Positions 36,910 to 51,132 are shown, counted from the whole stretch's first letter. The stretch: 63,069 bases of DNA, filler included, from Folioceros fuciformis (GCA_049999805.1; 10 parts of 10 records of this genome joined end to end with filler, not necessarily neighbours in it); one strand, 5' to 3'. Numbers and translations are program-made. The notes: generated by a model from the letters alone, not told the origin.

Positions 36910-37305
36910 ATGGCACCTGTCCCCTATCCAGTAGACTATTTGAATTTTACAAAAATCAATGCTGAGGAGAAACAGCTAGAATTGGAGAAGAAGAGCTTGA
37001 TGTTCAAAGAGGAGTTGGCAAGGACGGTCCCAAAGGCATCTGTTGTGAAGCATCCTATAAGGAGGCCAAGAAAGACAACATTTGCAGCATTAGCATTAGT
37101 GCCTCCAAGCACTAATGAAGAGGATGGCCCTGCCCTAGCTTCAAGAGATATAAGGAGGCCAAGAAAGACTACATTTGTAGCATTAGCATTAGTGCCTCCA
37201 AGCACTAATGAAGAGGATGGCCCTGCCCTAGCTTCAAGAGATGTTGGAAAGAACAAAAGGAAACACCGGGGTTCACACACTAATTGGTTTAGAGATGATC
37301 TATAG
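36910..37305 (+). CDS. Hypothetical 131-aa intronless ORF with a 31-aa internal duplication
   Basis: ATG in acaATGG context; IRRPRKTTFxALALVPPSTNEEDGPALASRD occurs twice in frame; no recognisable domain. Confidence 0.35.
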   Translation: MAPVPYPVDYLNFTKINAEEKQLELEKKSLMFKEELARTVPKASVVKHPIRRPRKTTFAALALVPPSTNEEDGPALASRDIRRPRKTTFVALALVPPSTNEEDGPALASRDVGKNKRKHRGSHTNWFRDDL

Positions 37306-37734
37306 CCTCCAATTACTGCAGCCATGAAGACCCACAAGAACAACATCTCATGAACTTTGAATTACTTGCTGACATCACACCGGAAAGTGGGAGGTGAAAG
37401 TGCCTGCAAGGTGAACGCGCGGAAGCCGCGCCCACAACGCGTTCCGTGCCCATAAGCAAACGTTATCCATCCATTTCGGCAGAGTTCTATATGAACGAAA
37501 AAATATATATTTTTCAGCCAGTGTAAAAAATAATTATTTTTCATCGAATGGATATATCAACTACGGGGCTAAAGTTTTCTTTTCTTCTATCGTTGTTACT
37601 TCAATGGACTCAACGGGCGCGACGGGTCCGGTGTTTCCATGGCACTTTGTACAAATTCGACTAGAATACATTATTATCCTAGTGAGGTATCTTACACTTG
37701 GAAAGCACGTGGAACCTGTGTACTAAGGTACATC

Positions 37735-40709
37735 CTAGGGCTTCACCGTTGGCGAGACTGGTATTTGCAACTCCACATCTTGGCCTACTTCTGTGGGGAT
37801 GCTTATCCGGTATCTGGCGGATTCAGATCCTTGGCTGCTGCCATGAGTAGAGTCAGGTTTTTGGTTCTCCAGTCTCCCTTGAGCTCGTTTCCTCCAACCA
37901 TGAAGAGCTACTTTCACTTGTCCGCCCAGCTTGTATGAGGAACCCATCTGCAAACGAGTGCACACCGCATTATAGATAACAGTCGCCGGGAGGATGTTTC
38001 TGGGGATAAGGAGCAGATGTGTACCTGGCTGACGAGCGCGTAAAGTGGCAGAGTGCTGTAGCTGCAGACAATCTGAACGAAGATCCTGTTCACAAGGGAG
38101 TGTGGGTTTGATGAGCAGGCTGAAGCCACAGCTTTGAGCCCGACACGTGAAGGACGGGAGGAATGGCGGGATGTGGACGAATCCAAGTCACTAACCCGAA
38201 AAGCAGGCGGGTGGTGGTGTATGTCTTGTGATCTAGGAAACATGAGGATAGGGAGAATTGCCACTGCACGAGACAAGGAATCTCAAGAAGCTAGCTGAGG
38301 GTATGCACTGGAGGAGTGTACGAGGCAAAATAATGTGTGTCCTGTTTAAAGGGGGAAATGTTCTCATGTGCTTACCCAATACCAGAAAAACGTTGCCAGC
38401 TCAAAAGCATTCTGAGACACGGGCGGGACGGGTGTGAGCCTTCTCCTCAAGCCGTGTTTGCATGACCAGGGAGAAAATTAATACGCTTTCTGGATGGCTG
38501 GGCACAGTACCTGGAACAGGATGAAGTGGATCAAGCCCAGAAGGAGCTCTGGACTTCCGAACCAGAAAAGCTCGTCTCGAGGTTTCAATCTGTGAGGAGT
38601 ATAAGACGCCTGCCCTTGGGCATTCTCCAAGGCAAGAGTCGCAATGACGTGTTGAAGCTTAGCACCGATCGCGAGAAGCATCTGTGGAGGACCGTTACGG
38701 ACTGGTCTCAGAACGCCTGTCAACGATGGTGCCAAGCCAAATAACTTGCTCCACTGAGAGAGGGTGATAGCTTACAACGGGGGGTAGTAGAGCTATCCAG
38801 AAGTAGAAATCTGTGCCTGGATACATGAGAGGACGAATCATAGTAAAACATCAGTCTAGTAGCGACCTTGACACTGCGAGTAGCAAATCGGACGGAATTG
38901 GTTGGTAGAGATTCGAGGTGAAGTGACTTGCACACCATGAATATTGAAGAGCATGAAGCAGGCAACGAAGAACCAAAGGAAAGCACTGCAGCAATAGAGG
39001 CGAAAGTGTCAGGCCTGAGGCTCACGTTCCACTCTTCAACACTTGTAACCATTTGGCAGTGAAGATAAAGACCTGATTCCAACAATTCCCTTGAACTCTT
39101 CCTCCATTGTCCGGATCATGTAGGTGTGAAAGTTGAACTTCTTATCGAGGTTGTGATTCTGCGCCGTGAAACACCCACCCAACGCGACGTTTAGAAAGCC
39201 TAATGAGGAGCTTGTCTGCTCCCAAAATTCCAGCTGACAGCAGCTCACAAGCCTTTAGTTAGTCCACTTACAGTGATGAAGCCCATTCTAAGGGCGAGAT
39301 AATCGGCCCTTGTGACGGATGTGAAAAATTGTCTAAAGAAGCAAACCTGCAGGCGGGGGAACATAATCCAAGCAATATGAGCTGCAAGCGAAATCTACGT
39401 GGGTGGGTCATCAGCCTGCAAAAAGCTCGCTGTTAGACTTACCATCCAAATCATGAAACGGTTCTGGCTCCATGGCTTGGAGGCGTGGTAGCGTACAAAC
39501 GTCGATTGCCGGTTCATTGTGAGCGCCCTCGTGACCTCTGCGTCATCAACGTAAAGTTCTTTTCAGACGCAAGAAAATCGAGATGCACCACACAGCGCGC
39601 ATTCCTTTCACTGCAGAAGGATTGGAGAAAGCCAGCGACGAGTTGAGTAGTAAGTTTGGTCAAGCGACGGCCTTACCGGCCATGGTGTCGTGGTTGTCAT
39701 CACAAGTCTCTGCCTCCCATTTCTTCCAAGAATGTATCTGCCACAACATGATAAAGTTTCCAACATGTTCAGACCACGGATGCATTTTCCGCACGTCGTC
39801 TCGAACCGGAAAAAACTCTTGGTCCGCAATGCAATATAATCCCTGTTTTAATTCGAAGCGACGGTAGGATGGCAAGCACCTTCAGCAGGGACAAGGCCAT
39901 CGCCACAGCCGAGTAGATGACATGCACAACTGCCATGACGAAAATGAAGATGTGGAGCTGGTGTACGCCCTCCGCAGATATGGCCGGTTGATGCTGTACG
40001 GAGCAAACCGACTAATTAATTTGACGTTGCGAAATCCCACCAACTCCAAACACCACGGCAGAAACGACAGAGGAAAATGGGAGCAGGCCGCGCACCCTGG
40101 CAGCGCAAGTTCCTTGGCATAATCCCACGGCCTCGGCAGCACCCCCGCCACCGGCTGCAGTCGCGAGAAGCCTTCTGCTAGCAGTTGCCACCTCCTCCAA
40201 CTCGCATGAGGCTCCGCTCCCTGCATCGGACCTGGCGCAAGCAGTCCATTTCCTGACGACGTGGTTGGGCAGGCAGATCTTTACGATGTACTGTTGCGTC
40301 ACTGTGACGAAGAGGGAGATGAATCCCATGAGCATGAGCTCTGCACGAGAGCAGGTTCACCACACTGTGTCAGGCTAGGAATGCTGTCAGCGAATTCCCA
40401 TTCCTAGCTAATCATGAAGTTGTGGCCGTCACCAACCTTCCTTCATCTTCTCTAACGCCTGCTGCCATGCCTTTTGCTTGTTCTTCTTAAACCACTACAG
40501 CCCACAAAATGCGCAGGTCAGAATCCAGAGTCATACCAATCCGAGCTCGGAATTATACGGATCTGGGCCCGGGCCTCGGAAGCTACCTGACCAAGCCGGT
40601 GAATTGCCCTCTCCACCGCAAACGACACCACCACAAACACGGTGCAAACGAGAGCAATCACCCAGGTGGGAGTGAGAGCAAGCGACCTCCCCTCGGACCC
40701 TGCCGCCAT
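37735..40709 (-). CDS. MLO: MLO-family seven-transmembrane protein (AtMLO4/11/14-like clade), multi-exon
   Basis: [114 protein letters not shown]. Confidence 0.95.
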
Positions 40710-41184
40710 AATTCTCAACGCTGCTCCTCTTCTCTCCTCTCCTCTCGTCCAGTCGTCCCAGAAACTACCCCAATCCAGACACACTGGTCTCTCCCCGGCT
40801 CCAGACGCGGAATTGGAGCTTTCCGGTCTCCCAAGGCCCGTCGACGGAGGCCCCCTCTGACGCAAATTCAGCCTCGTCTGAAACAATTCTGCGAGGACAT
40901 CACCACAGGATGCTCAGCAGGCCGGCAGGAATGTTGCTCTCCGGGCAAGCCAGTCAAGCCCGGACGAATGGCGCGCAAGCTTCAGAGGCCGGTCGAAGCC
41001 GGAACCCGAATTTCGCAATGCAAGGACGCTGGAGAGCAGCAGCTGCATTTAAATCACTAACTCGAGATTGGGTTGGGTTGGGTTNNNNNNNNNNNNNNNN
41101 NNNNNNNNNNNNNNNNNNNNNNNNNNNNTTAATTAATTAANNNNNNNNNNNNNNNNNNNNNNNNNNNNNNNNNNNNNNNNNNNN

Positions 41185-43669
41185 CGAAGTTTGAGGTGTG
41201 GTCAAAGCGCATGAAGACTGCGCTCAACACTCGGGATCTTCTCCCCATTGTGGAAGGAACCATTCCCAAGCCCTCTGCTAATCCGGCTGCCATTGATTCT
41301 TGGGTTTGTCAAGATCGACAGGCTATGCAGATGTTGATCTTTGGCCTCGACGAGGTTACCTTACATCACACGGATGGTGCGTCCATATCTACTGAAGCTT
41401 GGAAGCAAATCACTGACATCTATCAGTCCACTAACGTGATGACGCTGGTCATGGTANNNNNNNNNNNNNNNNNNNNNNNNNNNNNNNNNNNNNNNNNNNN
41501 NNNNNNNNNNNNNNNNNNNNNNNNNNNNNNNNNNNNNNNNNNNNNNNNNNNNNNNNCAATGATAGCGTTGCTCAGCACGTTAGTAAGTTTCGATATTTGC
41601 GAGCCAAGCTTGCAGCTCTTGGGACAACCATTACCGAATTTGAAGCTGTTGTTTAGTTATTGGCTAGCCTGCCGGCTAGCTACCAGACATTTATCTCCTC
41701 TCAAAACCAAACGGTGAGAAATGCACATTAGGCTGTGCAGTTGGGTATGGTTCCCAACATCACCGTGTCCGAGATCGCTGGAGCACTCCTTCAAGAGGAG
41801 TCTGCCAGGTTCAATGTCGGGACCTCCAAACATGGAGGAGAGAGGGTCATGTTCGTCTCTAAAGGACGGCAATCGCAGCGTAAGAATTCTTATAATAATA
41901 CCAATCAAAGGAATAACTTCATAGGTACTCCTAAGCCTGCTTCCTCAGCACCCTCTTCGTCGAAGACACCAAAGCGGCAAGGTACGTGCAACTGGTGCCA
42001 GTCCCCAAGTCATTGGGAAAGGGAGTGCAGGAAGAAGCAAGCTGGTGAGGCCAAGCGCGAACCTTGCACGGCAAATACCGTGGCGGTTTCGACTAAGGCC
42101 AAGAACCATTCTAACCCTAGCGTTGCTCTCACTGTTTGTCTTGTGACCTTTGAGTACAAGAGTTTTTGGCTGATAGATTCTGCCGCATCAACGCATATCT
42201 GTAGCCACAAGTTGATGTTTGCTACGTATGCAGCGTCTGCTGATACTCAGCGTTTTGTACTACTTGGGGATGACTCTGGTCTTTCTATTGCGGAACATGG
42301 TTCCGTCACCTTCACTTTGGATGATGGTTCCTTGCTGTTTCTTACTAATGTGCTACATGTTCCCAAGATGGCCAAGAATCTTATCTCTGTTAGACAGCTC
42401 GTGCGAGACGGATCCTTTCGCCTCAACTTTGGCCCTGGAGACTATCTGTTATCTCGGACTTCTAACCCACGGGTCATTGTTGCTAAAGGTCATCCTCGTC
42501 ATGATTGATATGTCTATTCATGCAAGCCCGTGCCTTCAGCGGCTTCCTCTCACGGAGACCAGCCTCATAGGAGCTCACATCTAGGTGCAACTCTCTTGTG
42601 GCATTGCCGGCTCGGGCACTTCAATCCTGCTCGACTACTTGCCACCTCCCAGCAGGACTTGTATCGGGATAAACTTTCTAAGCTTCCGTCAACGCAGCCT
42701 CTCTGCGAAGCTTGTGTCCTTGCTAAACAGAGAAGTTCCCCTCATCCTACTCTTCCTGCTTGTCGGTCTTCGGCACCTCTTGATTTGGTCCACGTAGATT
42801 TATGTGGTCCTTTCCCTGTCTCGTCTTTAGGCGGAACAAATCACTTTATGACTGTTGTGGATGACTTCAGTCGATATACGTTTGCGTTTCCTATTCGTCT
42901 TAAGAGTGACTTGTTTAATGTGTTCTCACCCTTTGTTACTATGGCTGAGTTACAGACTGGCCGTAAACTTCGGTGTATTCGCTCCGACAATGCGGGAGAA
43001 CTCAACAACCATCAGTTTCGCGACTTCTGCGAGCAGCGTGGTGTCTTGCGTCAGTTTACAGTGCCCTACACTTCTGAGCAGAACGTCGTTGCTGAGAAGG
43101 CCAATGGCGATTTGATGTCCATGGCTCGTGCCATGCTGGCATAGTCCTAGTTGCCCAAGTCCTTTTGGGCTGAGGCTGTGTCTACTGCGGTGTACATTAA
43201 GAATAGAGTCCTTAGCAAGTCGGTTTCTAGCCGTACTCCTTATGAGTATTGGCATGGGAGCAAGCCTTTAATTTCACATCTTCGTGCTTTTGGTTGCCCT
43301 GCCTATGCTCTTGTCCCATCACAGCTTCGCGACAAGCTTGATGCTCGTGCTCGCAAGTTGGTGTTTGTCGGTTATGGCGATGACCGCAAAGCCTACAAGC
43401 TCGTGGACTTGGACTCTCGGATTCCTATCTATGCCCGAACTGTCACCTTTGATGAAGCTAAGATAGTGCCTGCTCTTGCAACGTCATTTGAGTCTCCTCT
43501 TGACGTGCAAGATGGTGCTTCCTCTGGCTCGAGCACTCCTCGCTCTTCTGGTGATAGTTCTGTTGATCACTTTGTTCAGCCCTTTACTTTTCTGATTGTT
43601 AGTGTTCCTCCTTCTCATGTGGCTCCTATCCCTCAAGCAGTTCTAGTGCTGCCTATTGCTGGTCCTGCT
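41185..43669 (+). mobile_element. Ty1/copia LTR retrotransposon A, degenerate gag-PR-IN, interrupted by element B
   Basis: CNWCQSPSHWEREC knuckle, WLIDSAASTH protease, LWHCRLGH..CEAC, LVHVDLCGP, IRSDNAGE, FWAEAVSTA; in-frame TAG stops at 43142 and 43148. Confidence 0.93.
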
Positions 43670-45697
43670 TGAAGGAATGCTCTAGGGACTACACGGTGAA
43701 GGAGAAGAGAGGAGGAGGCAAGGAGGAGGAGAAACAGAGATCACACACTCACAATAGAGTCACACAAATACATGGGAGCTCAAGGAGGTATTTATACCCT
43801 CTAGAAGAGCTCCCTAGGAAGCTTCTTAAGAAGCCCACACGAAGCTGCACAAGAAGCTTCCTACAGATTAGCGTAAGCTAATCTAAACTAATGATACTTA
43901 ACTAGACACTAATCTTAGACTAAACATATTAGTCTAAGACTTTGTCTGTTTCTCATACAAACAGTGCTCACATACGGAGAAATCGGAGAAGTCAAAAGCA
44001 GGGACGTAACCAAAACGAGATAGTATCTTCATTCCTTTTTGAGACATATGTCCTAACCGACTATGCCACAAGGAAACACTTGGTTGTTCTGTTACACAAA
44101 TCACATGATCCTTGATAGTGGTTACCTGAAGTGAGTACAAAGTGCCACACTTCGATCCATGAGCTAACACAAGAGAACCTTTGGAGATCTTCCAAGAACA
44201 ATCTCCAAACCAACAATGGTAGCCAGCGTCATCCAACTACCCTGTACTAATCATGCTTTTAGCCAACTTCGGAACATGCCTAACATCCTTCAGTATGAAT
44301 GAAGATCCATTGTCAAACTTCAGCTGCACATCACTAACGCCTGCAATCTCGCATGCGTAATTATTTCCAAGCCGTACACATCCTTTCCTAGTAGCATCAT
44401 ACGTGCTAAACCACTCCCTATGTGGAGTAACATGGAAAGATGCTCCAGAGTCAATTATCCAATTAGAGAATAAGTGACTCTCCACGGCTGTCAGTTGTGC
44501 AGAATCGAAGGAAAAAGAGATAAGAACATCTCCATCGTCAACAGAATTCACTTCGTTAGGCTTGGTACTCGGACTTGCCTTGTTGTTCCTCTGCTTCTTC
44601 TCCTTTCTTTTGTCCTTCTTGAACTTCTCGCAGTCCTTCCTGATGTGACTCTTCTTGTGACAATGGTAATACTCAACATTGTTACGACTACAAGATTTAC
44701 TACGGGAAGAACTTCGCTCCTTGTACTTCCCCTTTGAAGTGGACCTTCCTCTCACCATGAGGGCATTGGAACCTTTCGAAGGTTCCATATTCTTCTTGTT
44801 CACCTCCTCTATTAACAGGCTACCTTCTACATTTACAACGGTAAGACCACTAGCAAGAGCGGAATTACTCAGAGCTGTACGAAAGGTGTCCTAGCTCTCT
44901 GGTAATGTGACCAACAGAAACATAGCTCTCACGGAATCTGGAAACGAGATACCTTGAGATGAGAGCTGGCTGACAATGGTATTGAACTTGTTCAGATGAT
45001 CAGACATCCTCGTCCCTTCATCTTCAAGTCCACCAGCTGTTTCAACCAGTACACCTGAGAAGCCGCACTTTGCTTCTCGTACAGGTCACACAACTTCTGC
45101 CATAGCTCGTAGCTTGTGGTCTTGTCTTTCACGTTGAAGTAGACCGACTTTGACAATGTTAGCATGATGGTAGACCTAGCAAGCTCATCTAGATCGTGCC
45201 ACTCATCCTGAGTCATGCTAACAGGTTTCACTCCTAGCAACTGTATCGGCTCGATCTGTTCTTCTGTACGAGAACAGTATACACTTGTTCTTTCCAGAAC
45301 GGGAAGTTAGTACCATCTAACTTCTCGATATTGAACATGACGTTTTTTGAGGACGCCATGTTTCAAAATCGATGCAAATCAAGCAAAATGCTAGTTAGAA
45401 ACTGTCAAAAAGTAATGTAGATTTTGTTACCCTCGTTCTAATTCTTCTGTCCACAATTTAGGATGACACGTCGAGCCTAAAATCCTCCGTTGAGATCCGA
45501 TTCCGCCTTGTGACCGGGATCCCAACTAGCTTCCGTCTTTGCCCTCAACGTCAATGCTCCAACAGTTGCAATCCAGTGCCCGGCGTTAGCGACTCCCACG
45601 TACGATGATACCCCGTGATTCGGCTTTGTAGCCTCCCTCGTTCGTGGGACTGGGTCCGTCGGCCGTGACTGGCACTTGTCGGTGCCTCTGGCGTTCG
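43670..45697 (-). mobile_element. Ty1/copia (Tnt1/Tork-like) element B with internal deletion; gag ATG at 45359, 3' LTR remnant at 43670-43938
   Basis: FNIEKLDGTNFPFWKEQV, LWQKLCDLYE, WIIDSGASFHVTP, LWHSRLGHMS..CEHC, then a direct join to an LTR matching 53940-54229 and 60465-60759. Confidence 0.9.
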
Positions 45698-47071
45698 NNN
45701 NNNNNNNNNNNNNNNNNNNNNNNNNNNNNNNNNNNNNNNNNTTAATTAATTAANNNNNNNNNNNNNNNNNNNNNNNNNNNNNNNNNNNNNNNNNNNNAGG
45801 TTCTTGGCAGGTGGCTTGGGGGCGGGCGCGCGCTGCTTGTACCCACTGCGTGCACGACAGAGTGGTGAAAGGAGAGATGCAGCACATTAAGAACCACATT
45901 GGACCAGAGCAAGAGCCAGGAGCAAGGTGCCCAGAGAAAGCGCAGCGAGCAAGGAGGCGGAGTGGAGGGGGCAGGAAGGAACAGGCTGACAGCGTTGGTA
46001 CCAGTGACAGGACGCTGGCCGAGAAGCGTGATCACTATGGTTTTCCGAGATACTGGAGTGCGGTGTACACCACTGTAGTAGGTAGGCTGCGCCCCGCGTG
46101 CCGGGTCTCGAGGCTGGGGAACGGGTTGTCGGTCCACCTGCTGTGTACAAGTGTGCACCGCGATGAGTAAGCTTCTCTCTTGAAGAGAGAGAAATCCTGT
46201 AAAAGCGGCACACTTTTTGTCGCAAAATCCACGCATGCATACAAACATACATACATACATGCACACATACATGTGTACGTGCGTACGCAAAAACATTGCG
46301 CTTATAACGAGTCCCTAAATATTCCCACGGCCAGCCTGGCTAGAAGAAGCTTCAGTGCTTCTATAAAAAAAAGACCAAATGATTTTTTATCAACGCAAAC
46401 TAGGAGCGAGTGTTGCCTCTCACCTCCTCCTTTTAGCACCGACAGTCTGTTTAGATGGACGGCTGCCCGACTAAATTAAGACGAGCATGGACTCTGTATG
46501 ATTGAAACAGACCAAATGCTACTGTGGTGTAACTATCTCTTTCCCCTGCTGCACAGTCACAGCGGTTCCCAACTTCCATCCTGCACAGCCACAGTCTAAC
46601 CTTGTCCACAGTCTAATAACTTGCCTTGCCCGACCCCTGTTCCTCCGTCGTAGCACTTGGAAAAGTCTTTCTTTCGGTTTTGAAGACGTTCTTCCTCCAT
46701 GCTCATGTCCTCTGCAGTCACAATGTCCCATCCTCAACCGAAGGGTGAATATTTCAGTGGTGAATATTAGTTGTTTTCATACCATCTGCGTACATGTGAC
46801 ACATGATTGGAACTCCTCCTTGCCATTGCATGTGGAGCAAGATGGTAGACCCATGAAAGGGCGCGATCAATCTCGTTATCCAGTGTCATGAGCTCATGCC
46901 GTCGTAATGAGCGAAGAAAAACCTCGAGGCGATACGGGCTCCAACTCCCATACCCAGTCTGGGGACCCACCATCTGATAAGCGTCACCTTACCACACAAC
47001 TATGTAGTTGAATGCAGCAGCCAGTCACCTGGCAAAGTGTAGCTTTGAAGCGTTCTACGATTCTACGATAG

Positions 47072-50000
47072 CTACCACCTCACAAGCTGCCTCAGTCTCA
47101 GAAGTTTGAATCCTCGCCACCTAAACAATATGTACACTAACGCTATTGTGCAAGCTAACAGTGCACTTAAACTACTGACACCGAAACTCTCCATCGTTAA
47201 TTGAGAAACCGACCTTGCCTCAGATGCAACCGTATGATCAGCAACCTTCTCAACAAACATGTCGGACGAGTTACCTCCTGAAGAGTATGGCATCAAGCCG
47301 GTTGCACCTGAATATCCGGCACCTGCTTCTTCTCCGACCACTTCATTACTTAAGTGACTGTCACGGTTGTCCGGGTCGTTCGAGCGGCGAGTCACAGTCT
47401 GACTGCTGGTGTGGCGGCCGTCTTGGCCACCTATCTCGCCTGCTGCTTGGCCCCTTAGCCGGACAGCTGGCGACGTGTACTGTACAATTGGCTCCAGAAT
47501 GAAGTCCACATACGTTGGCTTGCCCTCGTTGAGGAAGATTGAAGTGGTTCTACTTTTGTAACCCCACATGCTCGCGGTCACTGGGCCACGTTCCTTTGCA
47601 CATGAGAACAGCGAAGACTGACTCCTGGATAATCCAAGACGCTGAAATCAAAGACGGAAACAAGCCTGCCATGGAAAACTCTTACCCTCATACGCTTGTT
47701 CGGGAGCAAGAAGCCTATGAAAATCACCAAAAGCCTCGCTTGCATATATCTGTCCAAGGAAAGGTCTTTTGAGCCTTAATGGAGACTGGAGGAATGGAGA
47801 ACAACGATTCACTCTGTTTCCCTTCATGTAAATTGGTTGAAAGCTACCAAATCCATAAATAGCTTTCGGGACGCAACAACTTAAACCACAAATACACTTC
47901 AGGACCAGGAAACTCACTCTATGGCTTATGCCTTCGACCGTGATGGTGGCACCCAGTGGAACACCGGTTGATGAGATGACCTTTCCGTGCACTCCTGACT
48001 ACAAAGACCAGAGTCAGCCAGAGACCTCTTTGAGTGTGGCCGGATGCTCCCAACCACTTCCTATGCTGAACGCTGTAGGTAGCAGGAATCCTTACATTTA
48101 CCACAGCTGTGACAAGCTCCAGCATACTTCTGCGATGCTCTCTTGCTATGCGCGCAACCTTAAAAATGCCAGACAACTTCGATCGAATCTCTTGCTATTA
48201 CACAGAACAAACGTGGGCTCCACGGCAAGGATAAGCTCATGAATCACCTGATTAAAAGGAGGCCACTGAGCAGAGTCCACTTCTATGGTGAGCTCAAAGC
48301 ATCCGCCATGAATGTAGTTCCAGTCTTGCATGCCTCCATACAGAGGATACCTACCATTTCGCCCACAATCGGAACGGTCAAAATTGTTCACAGACCACAA
48401 CAATCATGTACGGCTCGCAACTTGGTTCTGATGAAATCTACAACTTTGATGAACTTTTTCTCTTCCGGGACAACTTTTCGTGGCATGGTACGAGATGATG
48501 CAGAATTCAAAAGGAGTATAGATCACCAAAGATTTCCTGCACAGGCATCCAACCCACCAGGCCGCTCCATTTGTTATTCCTGTCGGAAACTCTTGATTTT
48601 TCTTCGTCATGGAAGCATGGGCCCTTGCATAGAGGGTTGCAAGGTGTCTGAAAGCTTGATCGTCAGGGCACGGAGAATACTTCCTCCTGCAAAGTTGGAT
48701 GGAAACCAGAAGTCAGTGAGTATGCGTTCAACTACATGACCTGCAGATCATGTTTCCTTCAGCCACGAGTCCACTCTAAAACTAGAAATCGCTTCTTCCA
48801 TTATGCTTAGTGTGGAGAAGGGAAAACAGGTTCTTGCCCAGGCAAGTCTCACTTTAAACCTCTTTCAGGCTTCTGGTTGGCCCCTTTGCACAAGACTGCG
48901 TGTAGAAAAAGCAGAACATTGCAATATGAACCGAAAATGCAGAGTCCTTACTTGCCATCATTCGAGCCATCCCAAGGATAGTTTGCGACCAAAGCACCCT
49001 GATCATAGACCACACTCAACAACATCAACACCAAGTTACAAGACACACACTTGGCCTGGTCATTGTGCACAGGACGTTGCAGAATACAGCGTCTCCACCT
49101 ACGCTGTGACAGGGATGAGCTCATCTCTCCTGGAAATACCTCATGTAAGCTCGCCGATGCAACAAACCGGTTGGTCCTTATCCAGTTCATGACAGCTCTG
49201 GTTTCTGGCTGCCGAGTACTTGGATCATTGTTCTGAGGCAAAAACTGTGTATTGCTCCGTGTGTTAAACAGAAGTTACGGCCAAAGAATCAACTCATCCA
49301 CCTGACTGAATCGAAGTGCACACAGGAAAAATAACTCAGATAGGCTAATCCAAGACAGGACCTCTGTCGCAGCAGAACCCACTTTCCGGCAAAGGCAACC
49401 AGCTTTTGTTTCTAATGTGACAATGCTTCCGCCAACTTCACCTGATCTGGGAAATCTCTATTTAGATCGATGTTGTTAGCATTGCTGCGATTCTTTGCCC
49501 CAAACCCATCTGGATTCATTGTTGGCAGCAAGTGAAGATGCACATTGTCGATAATCCTGGTGGCCTACACACAATTAACTCACTAAGCACCCAAGTACAA
49601 ATGAAACTGTCCATCCATCCACATGAAAGTGTACCCCAAGGTCAGGTCAGAGATTCAGGAACAAAGGAGCAACAACCCTTCCTTGGTTTCCCATGACTTA
49701 CCACCGGATCTTTCCCATAGCGTTCACAAAGCCACTGGGCTAGCGACAGCAGGATTTCACGACCAGTGGGCTCATTTCCATGCAGGTTACCCACAAACTG
49801 CATGCAACAACATGGATTTCAGCCGATCCGTTCCCAAAATGATAAACCATCCAGAACAAGAGCAATTCTCTTCCTTTCATGCAGTCCAAATGATCTGAAC
49901 ATCACCAAATGCGTACCTTGAAAGATGGCTTGGGTTCTAATACACCGGGATTGTTGGAGATCTCAACAACCCACTGCAGAAACAATACAGAGAGCACAGC

Positions 50001-50692
50001 AGGTTACCACATTCTCGGTATAGGACCAGGAGTGAGATGGCAACTAGAGAACATGCGCAAATGCCTACCAGAGGTGCTCCAAGCACACTTTCTCCTATGC
50101 TGTACACCAAGTGAACATCATGGGTAAGAGAAACTTCTTGCATTTCCGCACACGTTCACGAACCACTGAGGAAACCAAGTAGCGAGGAAAAGGGCGCACA
50201 ATTGTGAGAGTTACCTGTACATCCTTGATATATTGTGGCACTTGGCTACAAGTTTCTTCAGAGCGACTTCTAGCTCCGCATTGCTTAGGTAGTGATCCCG
50301 GGTATCTCCTCTGCGTCTGATAACGAGGGGAAAAGCCCTGAGACCAAGGTGCAACTGCGACCCGATCCTCCACGTTGCTACAAGGACGCAAGTAAGACGT
50401 GGACGTGCGCAGGACTAAACGAGAGCATTGCTTTACCCTCTGGAGAAATTCGCAGGCGACAAGGTTGAGCCAATATCTCCTGGTACAGACGAGGAGGAAT
50501 TTCACTTTCCAACGCATGGTGGGTCACTTTCCTGGTACAGACGCAGGAAGACTTTGCATCGCAAGCCTCACCTGTCTCGGCAACCGCTGCGTGGGAGTCG
50601 TCGAGGGCTGTGGATCCATGAGCCCAAGGCCAGAGAACTGGCAGGATGAGGAGGCAAAGAAGGAGCAGCTGGGGGCGCAGAAGGCTTCCCAT
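47072..50692 (-). CDS. SOL1: Zinc carboxypeptidase D-like (M14) SOL1, multi-exon, with signal peptide and C-terminal TM
   Basis: YLSNAELE, EISNNPG..PSFK, FVGNLHGNEPTGRE, HLHLLPTMNPDGF, NANNIDLNRDFPDQ, RQPETRAVM, GALVANYPWDG, GITNGAAW, YPLYGGMQDWNYIHGGCFELTIE, GDFHRLLAP. Confidence 0.94.
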
Positions 50693-51132
50693 ATCCAGAC
50701 GCTCAGCACCCGTAGATCATGAAGCGAGCCCACATATGAAGAGGTAGAAGGATGCGGCGCGTGGTTGAGTGTTTGGATTTGCAAACCCACCTTGGCTTGC
50801 CTGGAGCTCCGGAATCGTGGCATCTCTCCTGGACGAGCAGAGAGAGACCCGTAGCCATATTTATAGATCCAGACCCATGCATTTCTTGTGGGGCTGCCAT
50901 ACTTGGCTTACTTTCACATTCTGTGGGCTTCTTCCATACTTATAGCTTACTTTTCCATTCATGTGGGGCTGCCATACTAGGCTTATTTTACAGGAGTAAA
51001 GGACACCCTCGAGGAATGCGAAGTGAAGCTTAGCTTGTGCAAAAGTACCTAACCAAATTCCTGTACCCATAGTGTCATATGCTATGGTACACCGATGGGA
51101 ACAACAATTGATAGACACAAAAGTTTTTCGGT

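Noticed and set aside
41069-41084. (GGGTT)n as telomeric repeat
   Set aside because: Pentamer microsatellite, not the plant TTTAGGG repeat, and very short.
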